A stretch of 63,814 bases of DNA from the NCBI GenBank assembly GCA_012862495.1, contig BLSG01000353.1, forward strand, positions 1-63,814, given 5' to 3'. Shown here piece after piece: positions 12,976 through 24,317 of this stretch; positions within the stretch are counted from its first letter, which is position 1, and each line of letters begins with the position of its first letter. The position numbers and the translations under genes are program-made. Origin of the DNA: Thraustochytrium aureum (lineage: Eukaryota). Below the pieces are notes generated by a model. That model ran no database searches. It was not told the DNA's origin and saw only the letters and a program-made list of their open reading frames with translations.

Positions 12976-13297
12976 NNNNNNNNNNNNNNNNNNNNNNNNN
13001 NNNNNNNNNNNNNNNNNNNNNNNNNNNNNNNNNNNNNNNNNNNNNNNNNNNNNNNNNNNNNNNNNNNNNNNNNNNNNNNNNNNNNNNNNNNNNNNNNNNN
13101 NNNNNNNNNNNNNNNNNNNNNNNNNNNNNNNNNNNNNNNNNNNNNNNNNNNNNNNNNNNNNNNNNNNNNNNNNNNNNNNNNNNNNNNNNNNNNNNNNNNN
13201 NNNNNNNNNNNNNNNNNNNNNNNNNNNNNNNNNNNNNNNNNNNNNNNNNNNNNNNNNNNNNNNNNNNNNNNNNNNNNNNNNNNNNNNNNNNNNNNNN

Positions 13298-13966
13298 CTC
13301 GCCGAGCTGCTCTTTGTCCTGGGGGAAACCGAGCCCGTCCACCTCGTCGGCTACAGCATGGGCGGAGCCATCGCCAGCGTGTTTGCGGACAAGTTTCCCG
13401 AGCGGGTAGCTTCGCTGACCCTGCTTGCCTCTGCCGGTCTCCCGGCGATGACAAAGACCTCCAGGCCGTGGGTGCAGGTTTTTGTCGACGTGCTCGCCAA
13501 GACGCCTATGGGCCAGTGGCTGCTGCTGCACATCGCGCGCAACGTGCTGGCGGGCTCGGCTGACGAGTCCGCGATGGGCTGGACCATCGCAACCAAGGAG
13601 AGGCGCGAGACCTACGGTCAGTATTACAAGCGCCGCCTCGCGAACGAGCCGGCGCTCGTCCACGCCTTCGCGGAGACCTCGCGCTCGTTCCCGTTCAACG
13701 GCCTCCGGGATGCCTTTGCCAACGTCGCCAAGGCTCGTACAAAGACGTTCGCGGTGTGGGGGGCGAAGGACGAGCTCGTTCCCATCGACTGCGCGGCGGA
13801 GCTCCGCGCGCTCTTCGCACAGTGCGGTTCGTCGCATGCGCTGCGAGACCACGTGTTCGATGATATTGGCCACATGCTCTTTATTGAGCGACCGCAAGAG
13901 GTTGGGTCCTTGCTCGTCGAGTTTTGGGCCCAAGCCTCCGACCCCGCCACGGCCACCTCTAGCTAG
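13298..13966 (+). CDS. Alpha/beta-fold hydrolase (5' end in gap)
   Basis: VHLVGYSMGG nucleophile elbow, VWGAKDELVP acid, DIGHMLFIERP His. Confidence 0.88.
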   Translation, partial: LAELLFVLGETEPVHLVGYSMGGAIASVFADKFPERVASLTLLASAGLPAMTKTSRPWVQVFVDVLAKTPMGQWLLLHIARNVLAGSADESAMGWTIATKERRETYGQYYKRRLANEPALVHAFAETSRSFPFNGLRDAFANVAKARTKTFAVWGAKDELVPIDCAAELRALFAQCGSSHALRDHVFDDIGHMLFIERPQEVGSLLVEFWAQASDPATATSS

Positions 13967-14384
13967 CTAGAGAGCTCTGAGAGCCAGAGCCCCTCGACAG
14001 TCTCCCTCTCGACTACGTAGCTACTCTAGCGCTCTCTAGCTGGCGAGACGAGTTGCTCGCGCTCTCAAGCTCGAGCGTTGCGCCGCAACAGGGCCGAGAC
14101 CTTGCAACAAGTCTGCAGGCGGCTGTCCCGCGCGGTCGAGCTTGCTTTCGATTTATAAACAACCAACATCCGCCGGTGCCGTCAACTCGTCTGCTGTGCT
14201 CTGGCGTCGCAGCCCAGAGCCGCCCCAAACGCCGCTCGACCAGCGTCATCTTGTGGAGGAGGAGGAGGAGGAGGTGGTGGTGGTGGTGGTCCATGGGGTC
14301 AACAGCGCCGACGACTCCGTGCCAAGTCAGCCTGACAACCTGCTCGGAGCCGCGCGCTGATGAGCCAGCCCCTAGAGCGGCCCC

Positions 14385-17300
14385 GTGGGACCGAAATCGG
14401 CACCAAGAGCCTGGCCACGGGCCCGACGAATGAGTGCTGGATGTTGGATGTTGGACGCATCGGAATCGGAACAAGGAACTGCTCGTGCGTCAACTCGGTC
14501 CAAAGAGACGAGTCGCGGAGGAGCGTGCGCGGGGCAGACACGCAACGCAGCGGTGCGTGCGGCAGAGGCTGGCGGGGCCTTGGAGAGGGCCCGGAAGAGG
14601 CGGGCGCTGCTGACGATGGACGAGGGGGACGGCAAGCGACGCGCGGAGGCGCACAAGACGTTTTTGACCGGAGTCGACGACTGCGCGCCCCGAATCTCTG
14701 GCAAAACTCAAGGCCAAGAAGCGGCGCCTGGACGAGGCGAAGAGCGCGCTGGACAGCGCTGATGCGGCGATCGCGGACGGCAAGAGCAAGGCGGCGGCGG
14801 ACGAGTGGGACGCTATCGTACCGCTGAAGCAGGAGGAGCGGGACAAGGGGATCCTTCTCGGGGAAGGCACGCGGCTTAGCCCGCTGTTCTCCCGCGTCGT
14901 GAAACCGCACCAGGCCGTCGGCGTGCGCTTTCTGTGGAGCCATGTTTCGAAAATGGAGGGCTGCATCCTCGCAGACTACATGGGCCTGGGCAAGACGCTG
15001 CAAAACATCTCGCTGATCCACACCTTCCTGAGCAACCACACACCTGAACCAGGCACCAAGTCGACCGTGCTGATCCTCGCGCCCACCTCGGTGGTGACAA
15101 ACTGGCGCCGCGAAATGTACAAGTGGATGGACAAGACGACTGCAGAGGGGCGCGAGGGCCTGCGCCTCTTCAACGTCAAAGTCCTCGACAAGAAGGCCGG
15201 GTCAACTCTGGAGGAGCGCGTCGCCGTCCTCCGCTCCTGGCAGGCCGAGGGGGGCGTCATCATCATGGGCTACGAGATGTTTCGCCTCATGTCGCAGGCC
15301 ACCGTCCAGCACGACCCCACCAAGCGCGGCAAAGCGGCGCAAAGGGCTGCCGCCAAGTCCTACACGAGGGAGGAGAAGGCCGCAGCGCGCCTGATCACGG
15401 TCGAGCCAGGACCGTCCCTAATCATTGTCGACGAAGGCCACCGGCTCCGCCAGGTCAAGTCGCAGCTGGTCAAGGCTATCTCCCAGCTCAAGACAAAGGC
15501 GCGCGTGGTCCTGACTGGCTACCCGCTGCAAAACCACTTGGACGAGTACTGGTGCATGGTGAACTTTGCGCGGCCGGGATGGCTCGGCACGATGGACCAG
15601 TTCAAGCACCGCTTCAAGATTCCAATCGAAAACGGCCAAGCCGCCGACGCGAACGAGGACGACGCGCGGCTGGCCAGGAGGCGCACCTTTCTGCTAAACG
15701 ACAGGCTTCGCCCGGTCCTGCTGCGCCGAGGCTCGCAGCACCTCGCCAAGGAGCTGCCACCAAAGTTTGAGTGGGTTTTTGCGGTGCCGCCTCACGCCGC
15801 TTCAAGCGCAGCTCTATCGCGCCTTTGTCCGCGACAAGTGCCGCGAGGCGGAAAAAATGGGCAGCGACAACGGCGGCATCATCGCTGCGTTTCACTACTC
15901 CATGTCGATCGTCAACCATCCCGANNNNNNNNNNNNNNNNNNNNNNNNNNNNNNNNNNNNNNNNNNNNNNNNNNNAAATCCTGTACAACAGCCTGCACAA
16001 GCTCCACGCCAAAGGTGCCGGCCAATCTGTAGCGGTGACAGACGACGAGATGTTTGGTATGGAGATCGACCCGCTCGCATCTGGTGCAGCCCAGGCAGCG
16101 GGTTGTTCGTCCTCCTTCTCAACCTCATCGCCAGCTGCAGCGCTGACGCCGTCGCTCTCCGGCACGGCCAAGTCTCCAGCGAGAACCTTTAGCCGCGGCG
16201 CAGCGCTCCGCGCCGCCTACGCGCGGCTCGATCGCGCGTCGCGGCTGGAGGTCGACAAGCCCTGCGACGTGCAAGAGTTCGAAGTCGACGTGCAAAGCCC
16301 GGGACTGAGGCTTGCTGAAGCGCTTGTCCAGCCCTCCATCCGCGAGTCCAAGGAAGTCACCATGGTCTACGTGAGTTCGGTTGACGAGCAGAGCCTGCTC
16401 GAGCACCTCGTGGGCCAATTCGACCAGATCGTCTCGGTGAACGGGGACCCGGTTCACGCGCTTGAGGACCTCCGCTCGCATTTCCAGGCCGCAGCGGAAA
16501 ACTCGAAGCGGTTCGCTCAGGTCGGCATTCAGCGGCACGACGTGCAGTCCTGGTTGTTTGCCGAGCTGGTCCGCGCCAAGGAAATGGTCACTGGCGAGTG
16601 GTTCTCGGGCCCCATCAGCGGCGAGGCGGATGCCGCAGCTGCGCATGCAGACCATGCGCAGAGCGGCGGGGCTGCTGAGGAAAGATCGAGCGCAGCCCAA
16701 GAGGGGTGGCGGGCGGCTTGGACCGTGCCGCTAGCGGCCCCGTGCCGGGCTGGGCGGCACCGGCGCCCGGGAGGACGGCTGCAGTGACGCCGGCTTTGAA
16801 GACGGCCGCGGCGAAGAGGAGGAGGACTTTGTGGAGCTGGGGCAGAGTACGCGCGAGCCCATGGACCGGCACGCGCTTGTGTGGGCCGAGCCCCTTATGG
16901 CCAACTACGTGCCCGGGAGCCGCCTCTCAGACTCTGGGAAGATGATGGCGCTGTTCGCCCTGCTGCGCTACTGCCGCAAAGAAAAAGACAAGGTAATCGT
17001 CTTCTCCCAGAGCGTGGTAACGCTCAACATCGTCGAGGCGATCATCCGCAAGCACAACAAGGCGATCGACCGCGTCTTTGACGACAATGAGGGCGGCGGC
17101 GAGGAGGAGGACGCAGACGGTATGGCGCACGCCGTGCCGGGCTCCGACGAGATGCCCTACCTTGACGGCGTCAGGTGCGGGTTTACCCGGCTCGATGGGA
17201 GCACGCCGCAAGCAGAGCGCAACGCGATCGTGGACGCCTTCAACAAGGCGGACATTGCCAAGTCTGCCGTGTTTCTTGCCAGTACGCGCGCTGCAGGAGA

Positions 17301-19017
17301 GGGGCTCAACATTCAGAGCGCGAACCGCGTCGTCATGTTTGACACGTGCTGGAATCCATGCCTAGACCACGAGGCGATGTGCCGTGCCTATCGCTTCGGG
17401 CAGACGAAACCGGTTTTCGTCTACCGGCTCGTTGCGGCCGGCACGATGGAGCGCACGATATTTGACCAGCAAACCAAGAAAGAGGGGCTCACGTCCCGCG
17501 TCGTGGACGCACGCGCCACCAAGCGCACAGTGGAGGCCGCCGAGCTGCGCAACTTTTTCGACCTCAAGCAGTTCAACAAACTGCAAAAGGAAAAGGTATC
17601 GCTCGACGACCTGGACGACATCGGTCGCACGCGCGCCTCCGCGGATCCCTCCGAAAGTCCTGCCCTCGGTCCTGCCAAGTCCGAGACAGGCGCAGCAGCA
17701 GAGGCCAGCTCGGCACGTGAGCAAGGGGAGGACGAAGTCGCAGCTGGGGCCAGCGCCGCCGGGGCGACTTCCACTTCCCCCAGCACCGACGGAGTCAACA
17801 GCGAGGCTGGCGGGGGCGAAGCGGGGACGGCCTTGGACAAGGTCGACCGCAACAAGGTTTTCAAGCAGAAACGAGCCTTGAAGGACGACCGCGTGCTGCA
17901 GCAGCTGCTGCGCAACGACAACAACTTTGTGACCCAGTACACGTTGGAGGACCTCCTCATGAACGAGGACGAGTCGGAGCGCGCAACCGAGGAGGACAGG
18001 AGAAAGGCGCTTGAGGAGTTTGAGGAGTTTGAGCGTGCCGAGCGCATGCTGATTGCCCGGGGTCACACCGAATCGAGCGCCGCGGCTGCTGCGTGGGCCA
18101 TGCAGGGCGGGAGGCGCTCCGCCCCTGTGCAATCGCGAGTGCCGAACGTGAGTGCAGAGGCATTGCGCAGGTCGCGCACCATCCAAGCCAAGGTGCAAGC
18201 GGAGATGATTGGCTTGAACCGGCTGCCTGACGAGCGGTACCCAGAAGAGTACGCGGATCCAACGTTCCAGCTCGTGGTGGACGGCGTGCTGCAGCTCCCG
18301 CCACCCATGCGCCACCAAGACCCAGACCTGCCTGACAACTTCTCCAGCCTCTCGATCGAGATGCAGGACAAGTGGCGCGTATACCAAGAGAGGACCATTG
18401 ATTGGAACCTTCGTCAGCAAAAGCTTTTTCAGCTGCGCAACAAGTTTTACAGGCTTTATGTGGCCAAGTTCGAGGGCCTGTTCAAGGGCCTCAAGTTCTT
18501 CATCTTGCGAAGGCGCATGAAGAACCCCGAGCACGTCATCGACAGTCTGCGGTCTCGGCGAGGCGAGGTGTACTTGGAGCTCAGTGGCAGGTCCAGGATC
18601 GACTTTGTCGTTTCGGCCTGGAACCTGACACAGCTCGAAAGTTGGAAGGAGCGCCAGGAGACGCGGTTTGCCAAAGTGCTGGAGGAGGCGCCCAAGTTTT
18701 CTTTCAAGTTCAAGACGGAGCGCTGGGTGGACGACTGCATTCGCGCTGGCAAGGTGCTTGAGCTCGAGGGCGAGCCGGCCGAGTTTGACGTGATCCCCGT
18801 TGAGGAGGAGATGGCCGACGTCGCAGCGCCTGTGGCCTCAGGCTCGAGTGGCGCTCTGGCGGCGGGCATTGCGGCCGCGCAGGAACCAAATGGTTCAGGT
18901 GCCTTCGGAGCAAGCGAGCAGGTTGGGGCATCAGCGAGTGGCTCTGCGATGGCGGGCGGCGTTCGCGCGACTGCGACCCCCGAAGTGATTCTGCTGAGCG
19001 ACGACGAAGGTGACTGA
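14385..19017 (+). CDS. ATRX/RAD54L2-like SNF2 helicase with PDZ-like insert and C-terminal BRCT (start uncertain; several frameshifts and a small gap)
   Basis: KPHQAVGVRFLW, GCILADYMGLGKTLQ, DEGH, LTGYPLQN, SGKM, KVIVFSQS, RLDGST, STRAAGEGLN, WNPCLD..AMCRAYRFGQTKPVFVYRL. Confidence 0.9.
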
Positions 19018-19632
19018 TACGCGTTTGACTCGAAGCAGGCCGATTGGTTTCCGGTCGCTGAAGTCTTGACGCGCAGTGTGCCTCCCGGGCCGTCCTACTT
19101 GTGTAAGTAGTACGAGTACTCTACATCGGTCATTGAATACGGTACGACTTTCTTTTGATTGATGCACCTNNNNNNNNNNNNNNNNNNNNNNNNNNNNNNN
19201 NNNNNNNNNNNNNNNNNNNNNNNNNNNNNNNNNNNNNNNNNNNNNNNNNNNNNNNNNNNNNNNNNNNNNNNNNNNNNNNNNNNNNNNNNNNNNNNNNNNN
19301 NNNNNNNNNNNNNNNNNNNNNNNNNNNNNNNNNNNNNNNNNNNNNNNNNNNNNNNNNNNNNNNNNNNNNNNNNNNNNNNNNNNNNNNNNNNNNNNNNNNN
19401 NNNNNNNNNNNNNNNNNNNNNNNCTAGAGCAAGAGCATGCAGCCTCATGAGGTTGGCTTGATAGGAAACGCAATCCCGCAGACCCGGTTCCAGCGCTGCG
19501 CAACAGCTTGCCCTGCCGCTGCCGCTGCCGTGGCCGAGGCAGGCGTCCGAAAGCAGCAACGACTACACTGGACCGTTGCCCTTGGAAGCTGGCTGCACTT
19601 GATCAAGAACGAAAGCACGCTCCTCGATGGCG

Positions 19633-21368
19633 CTAGTCGATCGACGCCCCGTACAAGCCCGAGGTGTGGCCGCGGCGAAACGAGGTGTTTACTGGGATCC
19701 GGCCGAACCGCTCGTTAGAAAAGTGCATGAGCTCCAGCGTCTTGGTGCTCTGAAAGTCAGCGCTCGGCGGCACGGGCCAGGGCAGGACCGTGGACGCGGT
19801 GTAGTTGCACTTGCACCACACCTGCTGGCCAAAGTGCGAAAAGCTCTTCCCCTCGGTGTGCGCCCACCGCTGCGCAGGCGCGTAGTCTTGCGGCATCCAG
19901 GCCCGCCCCACGTGCAACATGGCCACATCCTGGAGCTTTTCTTTTCTGTGCTCGCTGTCGACGTCTCGAACCTGGATGCGCCGCACCGCCGTGTGCTTGA
20001 CGCCAACGTGCGTAGAGGCCATGTTGTAGCCAAACATCTCTGCGGCCCAGTTGAGGTCGAGGTGGCCGAACTTTTTCTTAAAGCTCTCGTCCTTGTCTGC
20101 GCGGTCTTTGATCTCGATCGTGTACCAGCGCCAGAGGGGCGCGATTTGGGCGAGGTCCTCGCGGTGGACGATGTACGGGACGCCAACGAGGTCCATGTCA
20201 ACGTCGCAGTTGCGCTTGCACATCTCGCGCCAGAGTTTTTGGGCTGTTTTGCTGCCGTGGTAGTACGCAGGCTCGGCCACGGCGTTGTAGCGCGTGACCA
20301 TGTCGACGTACTTGCTCACGTCCTTGAGGAGCCAGTTGTCGGGGTCGATGACAACGATGACCTCCTCGCGCGGGCGGTCTGGCGAGGCAAACCACTTTGC
20401 GATCACGTCCGGCTTGTTGATCGGCGAGTAGCGCCGCGAGTACAGCGTCCGTTTGGCCTGAAAGGTTGCCATCCCCTTGACGGTGTCTGCGAGGTCGTCG
20501 CGCACGCCAGCCGTGAGGAGGCGCGTCCAGGAGGCGGACTTTTGCCCGCTTGTAAGATATCCGTAATAGTTGGCCCAAACTTGGTACCCAAAGTACTCTG
20601 CCGACTCGCAGCTGAAAACGATGCGGGCTCTGGGGACCTCGCCGGGTCGCAAGGGTTGCGGTTTGTGGTCTTGCTGGGCCCACTGCGCGTCCAACTCGAG
20701 TTGCGTGATTTGTGGCTGCGGCGACTGCCCCACGACAAACTGAAAGCCCTGTGCCACGGGGTACGAGTAGCGCCGCACGCAGCCCTCTGAGGGGAAGAGG
20801 GAGGCCACATATCGATTCTTCCTTGTGCAGCTCGAGTAGAAATCAATGTGGGCGGTGGCGTCCTCGCCAAGGAGTTTCATCGAGCCGAGCTGGCCGAAAT
20901 GGCACAGCCCATGAAAGGCCTCCTCCGGTGCGAGCACGTCAAGCTGGGCCCCTCCAGCCGCGAGTTCGATGCGGCCCGCCTCGCCCCTTGGCAGTCTGCC
21001 TCCTTGTACAGGATCAGGACCGTTGCGCTGGCCGCGACGGTCTCTCCACCTTGCGCCGCGGCAGGATTCTGGCCCAGGAGGCCACCTTGCCCGCGAAGCC
21101 CAGTCTGCGCCCCGCCATCTTTCCAAGCGCCCCCGGCCAAGCTGGTCTCCACCAGCTCGTCCAGCGCAGCGCCGTCCACCAGGGCCTCGTGGCTGGCCTT
21201 CGTCGTCGTTGTGGACACGTGGACGAAGAAAAACAGCCAGGCCGCCAGCACGCCGCCAAACACAACGATCACCAGGCAAACTGCGAGGCCCCGCAGGGCA
21301 TTCCCGCCGCTGCCGCCCGTGGCCTGCTTGTGCCTGGCCGCAAACGACCTCACTTGCCCTTGCCTCAT
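19633..21368 (-). CDS. Type II membrane glycosyltransferase, HPAT/SGT1-like (hydroxyproline arabinosyl- / serine galactosyl-transferase family); frameshift near 20985
   Basis: N-terminal TM; IVFSCES..YFGYQ..WTRLL, RYSPINKP..IAKW, VIDPD, VGVPYIVHREDL..IAPLW, WAAEMFGY. Confidence 0.8.
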
Positions 21369-22429
21369 CGCGTTGGCGGCCGCCGCGCGGGCGACACCAG
21401 CGCTCCTCGCGGCCTGCCTCGCGCTCGACGGTCGGTATCGATCGCCGATCGATGCGCCCGGTCAGGCAGAGAGATAGACAGATGGACAGATGGACAGATG
21501 GACAGACAGACGGACGCCCGCCGGTCGGTGATCGATCGATTGCCCGGTGGGTCTATCGATCGATCGATCGCTGATCACGCCGTTGCTCGCCTGCGACGAA
21601 GCGGCCTTTGCGCACGAACAAACGAGGCCTCCGCGAGCTCCAACGAACAAGCGAGCGACGGTCACGCCAGCGACGCCACGCGCAGAGACAGACGACAGGG
21701 TCGACTCGAGGAGGCTGGCCGCAGTCACCGCCATCCACCCATTCCGTCCATCCAAGAATGATCCAGCTGCCCATCCATTCTTTCGTCCGAGCAACTCGAA
21801 GGAGCGAAGGAGCATCATGATGTCATTCATTCCGACGCGCGAGAGCTTGCGACGCGCTGCGAGAGGATCGCCGTGCGCCGTTCCGCGGCCGCCGACTCGG
21901 ACGAGGAGGATCCGCCGAAGAGACTCGTCGCGAGAGGCTGCGTCGCTCGCTGATCCGAGTGGCAGCTGCGAAGTTGGCATCGTCGGAGCCAGCCGCCCTC
22001 CCAGTGATGAGGCGGTGCCCTGGTTTGACTGATTGATTGAGCGCACCANNNNNNNNNNNNNNNNNNNNNNNNNNNNNNNNNNNNNNNNNNNNNNNNNNNN
22101 NNNNNNNNNNNNNNNNNNNNNNNNNNNNNNNNNNNNNNNNNNNNNNNNNNNNNNNNNNNNNNNNNNNNNNNNNNNNNNNNNNNNNNNNNNNNNNNNNNNN
22201 NNNNNNNNNNNNNNNNNNNNNNNNNNNNNNNNNNNNNNNNNNNNNNNNNNNNNNNNNNNNNNNNNNNNNNNNNNNNNNNNNNNNNNNNNNNNNNNATGTC
22301 GGCGAGTCGAATGATCGAAGAAGGTCTCATGCGCCAAGATCTATCCGCCACTGGCAGCTTGGGCAGGCAGTCACCGAACGCGCGTTGGCTGGGGAGGAGA
22401 GGTCTGGGTGAGCTTGAAGGTGCAGGAAA

Positions 22430-23317
22430 ATGAAGGGCGTGCAGTTGGCAGCGATCGCGATGCTGGCGGGGTCCGCGGCGGGGGAATCCAAAGCCCCCGC
22501 TTGCAGGACGTTTGAGCAGATCTACGGGAATGGAAAGAACCTGTGCAACCGCATGTGGGGCGAAGCCTTTGTGTATGTTCCCAAGACGGACCCCAACTAC
22601 GACCTGGCCTACACCTGGTGGCACTTTGAGGATGCCAACCCGAACACCGCTGTGACGAAGAAGCGCATCGACCTCGGCCTCCAACCGTACAACGAGACCG
22701 GCGTCTGCCACCTCCAGTACTATCACCACGACAAACCCATCTCCGGGCAGGGCCTGTCCGAGTGCCACCCGTTCGAGTCGGACGCCTGCTGCTCGAAGGA
22801 GACGGTCGAATCCGTCGATGTGCTCAAGGAGGCGTACGGGCCCGAGTTTCACTGGGACCGCTGCGGGCCCCTCTCGCAGGAGTGCGAGCGCTTCTTCGTG
22901 CACGAGGCCTGCTTTTACGAGTGCGACCCGAACGCAGGCATGTTCCGCAAGTTCCACCCGCACAAGTACGACTCGTACATGGATCCTAACGAGTGGGAGT
23001 TGTTCGGCCTCCCGGTCAAGGGCGAGTACTGCGACGCATTCTACCGTGCGTGCAAGGACCAGCTCTTCTGCGCCGAGGACGACGGCGACGCGTTCAGCTG
23101 CGCCCTTGTCTATGAGAGGCACGACCGCCTGCTCTCACCGGGAGCGATCGCGGTCATCGTGATCCTGTCTGTCCTCGTCGTGGCTGCCTCTGTCTGCCTG
23201 TGCCGCATCGTGATGCGCGAGCGGGCCGGTAGCCCGATCTTCGCGCCGATGGATCCGGAGGACTTCAAGCAGACCGAGATGAATAGTCAGTCGTCCAACT
23301 CGATGGCGCAGACCTAA
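22430..23317 (+). CDS. Folate-receptor-family protein with signal peptide and single TM
   Basis: ECHPFESDACCS, FHWDRCGPLSQECERFFVHEACFYECDPNAG, LPVKGEYCDAFYRACKD; C-terminal hydrophobic helix. Confidence 0.85.
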   Translation: MKGVQLAAIAMLAGSAAGESKAPACRTFEQIYGNGKNLCNRMWGEAFVYVPKTDPNYDLAYTWWHFEDANPNTAVTKKRIDLGLQPYNETGVCHLQYYHHDKPISGQGLSECHPFESDACCSKETVESVDVLKEAYGPEFHWDRCGPLSQECERFFVHEACFYECDPNAGMFRKFHPHKYDSYMDPNEWELFGLPVKGEYCDAFYRACKDQLFCAEDDGDAFSCALVYERHDRLLSPGAIAVIVILSVLVVAASVCLCRIVMRERAGSPIFAPMDPEDFKQTEMNSQSSNSMAQT

Positions 23318-24317
23318 GCGTTGCTGCCTTCGCACGCTGAATGCGTCGCTCGGCTTTTGCCCGGCCCCGCCCGCTTGGATGCGGGGGGCGCCGGGCCGAG
23401 CCCGCGCGACGCTTTCGCCGAGCCCAATAGATCTCGAGATGAGCGCCCACTTAATTCACAGAGGCGCCGGCCGCCGCGATGATGCGGCGGCCGTGGGGCG
23501 ATACACAGGTGAGCTGGTTACGGGTGCCGCGTGGCTGATGAAGCTTCTGGCGCTGGGCCCTGGTGGGTACCCAGCGTCAGCGGCCGAAGCCCGCGCGCTG
23601 AGATTAACCGTCCGAACTTGAACAACGTAATTGTTGCGTAAGGAAGAGCACACGGCCTTTCGCGGCCCGACCACTCGGTCGGCCCGCGGTGGGCCCGTGT
23701 GCGGCCAGCCACCCCACCCCCAAATAATCAATTTTTCAAAATTAAAATCTCCAGTCCACTGCAGTGCAGACGCACGGCGGCCTGGACCGCGACGACAACC
23801 ACGGGACACCCTCGACCAAGCAAGGCCTGCACGACATGGTCCATTTTCCACCTTCAAGTTGAACTAGGTATCTTGAATCATTCATCGCATCAACCAAGCA
23901 GCATCAACGGAACAAAAAAGGCGGTCCAGAAGCCCACTCGTGCGAGTCTCAGCTTCGCGTCAACGGGCAGGCACCTCGAGCAGGTCTCGTCCCAGAGCTT
24001 CCACGCCAGCGTGCAAGAGAGCCTCGGGCGAGCTCTGGCTGCCCAGGTCGCTCCATTTGGTCTGCGGGCCGAGAGCCTAGCTGGAGGACAGTGCTGCAGC
24101 GGGTGGCGAGGCGTCACTGTCGGCCAGGGCGACGGGATACCTTGCACGATCACGCCTCGCTGGCAACGAGTCGGGACACGTGGCGCGAGGAAGCCGCTGC
24201 TGGCAGCGGACGGCGCCAGGCTCGCGGGGCTCCCCTCGCTGCAGCGGCGGAGCGGGCACAGTTCTTGCAAGTCGCGAAGAGGTGCAACGCAAAGGCCCGG
24301 ACTCGCGCCGGCCTGAG

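Noticed and set aside
23600..23900. AT-rich patch as a possible transposon end
   Set aside because: No matching inverted repeat, target-site duplication or transposase seen in the window.
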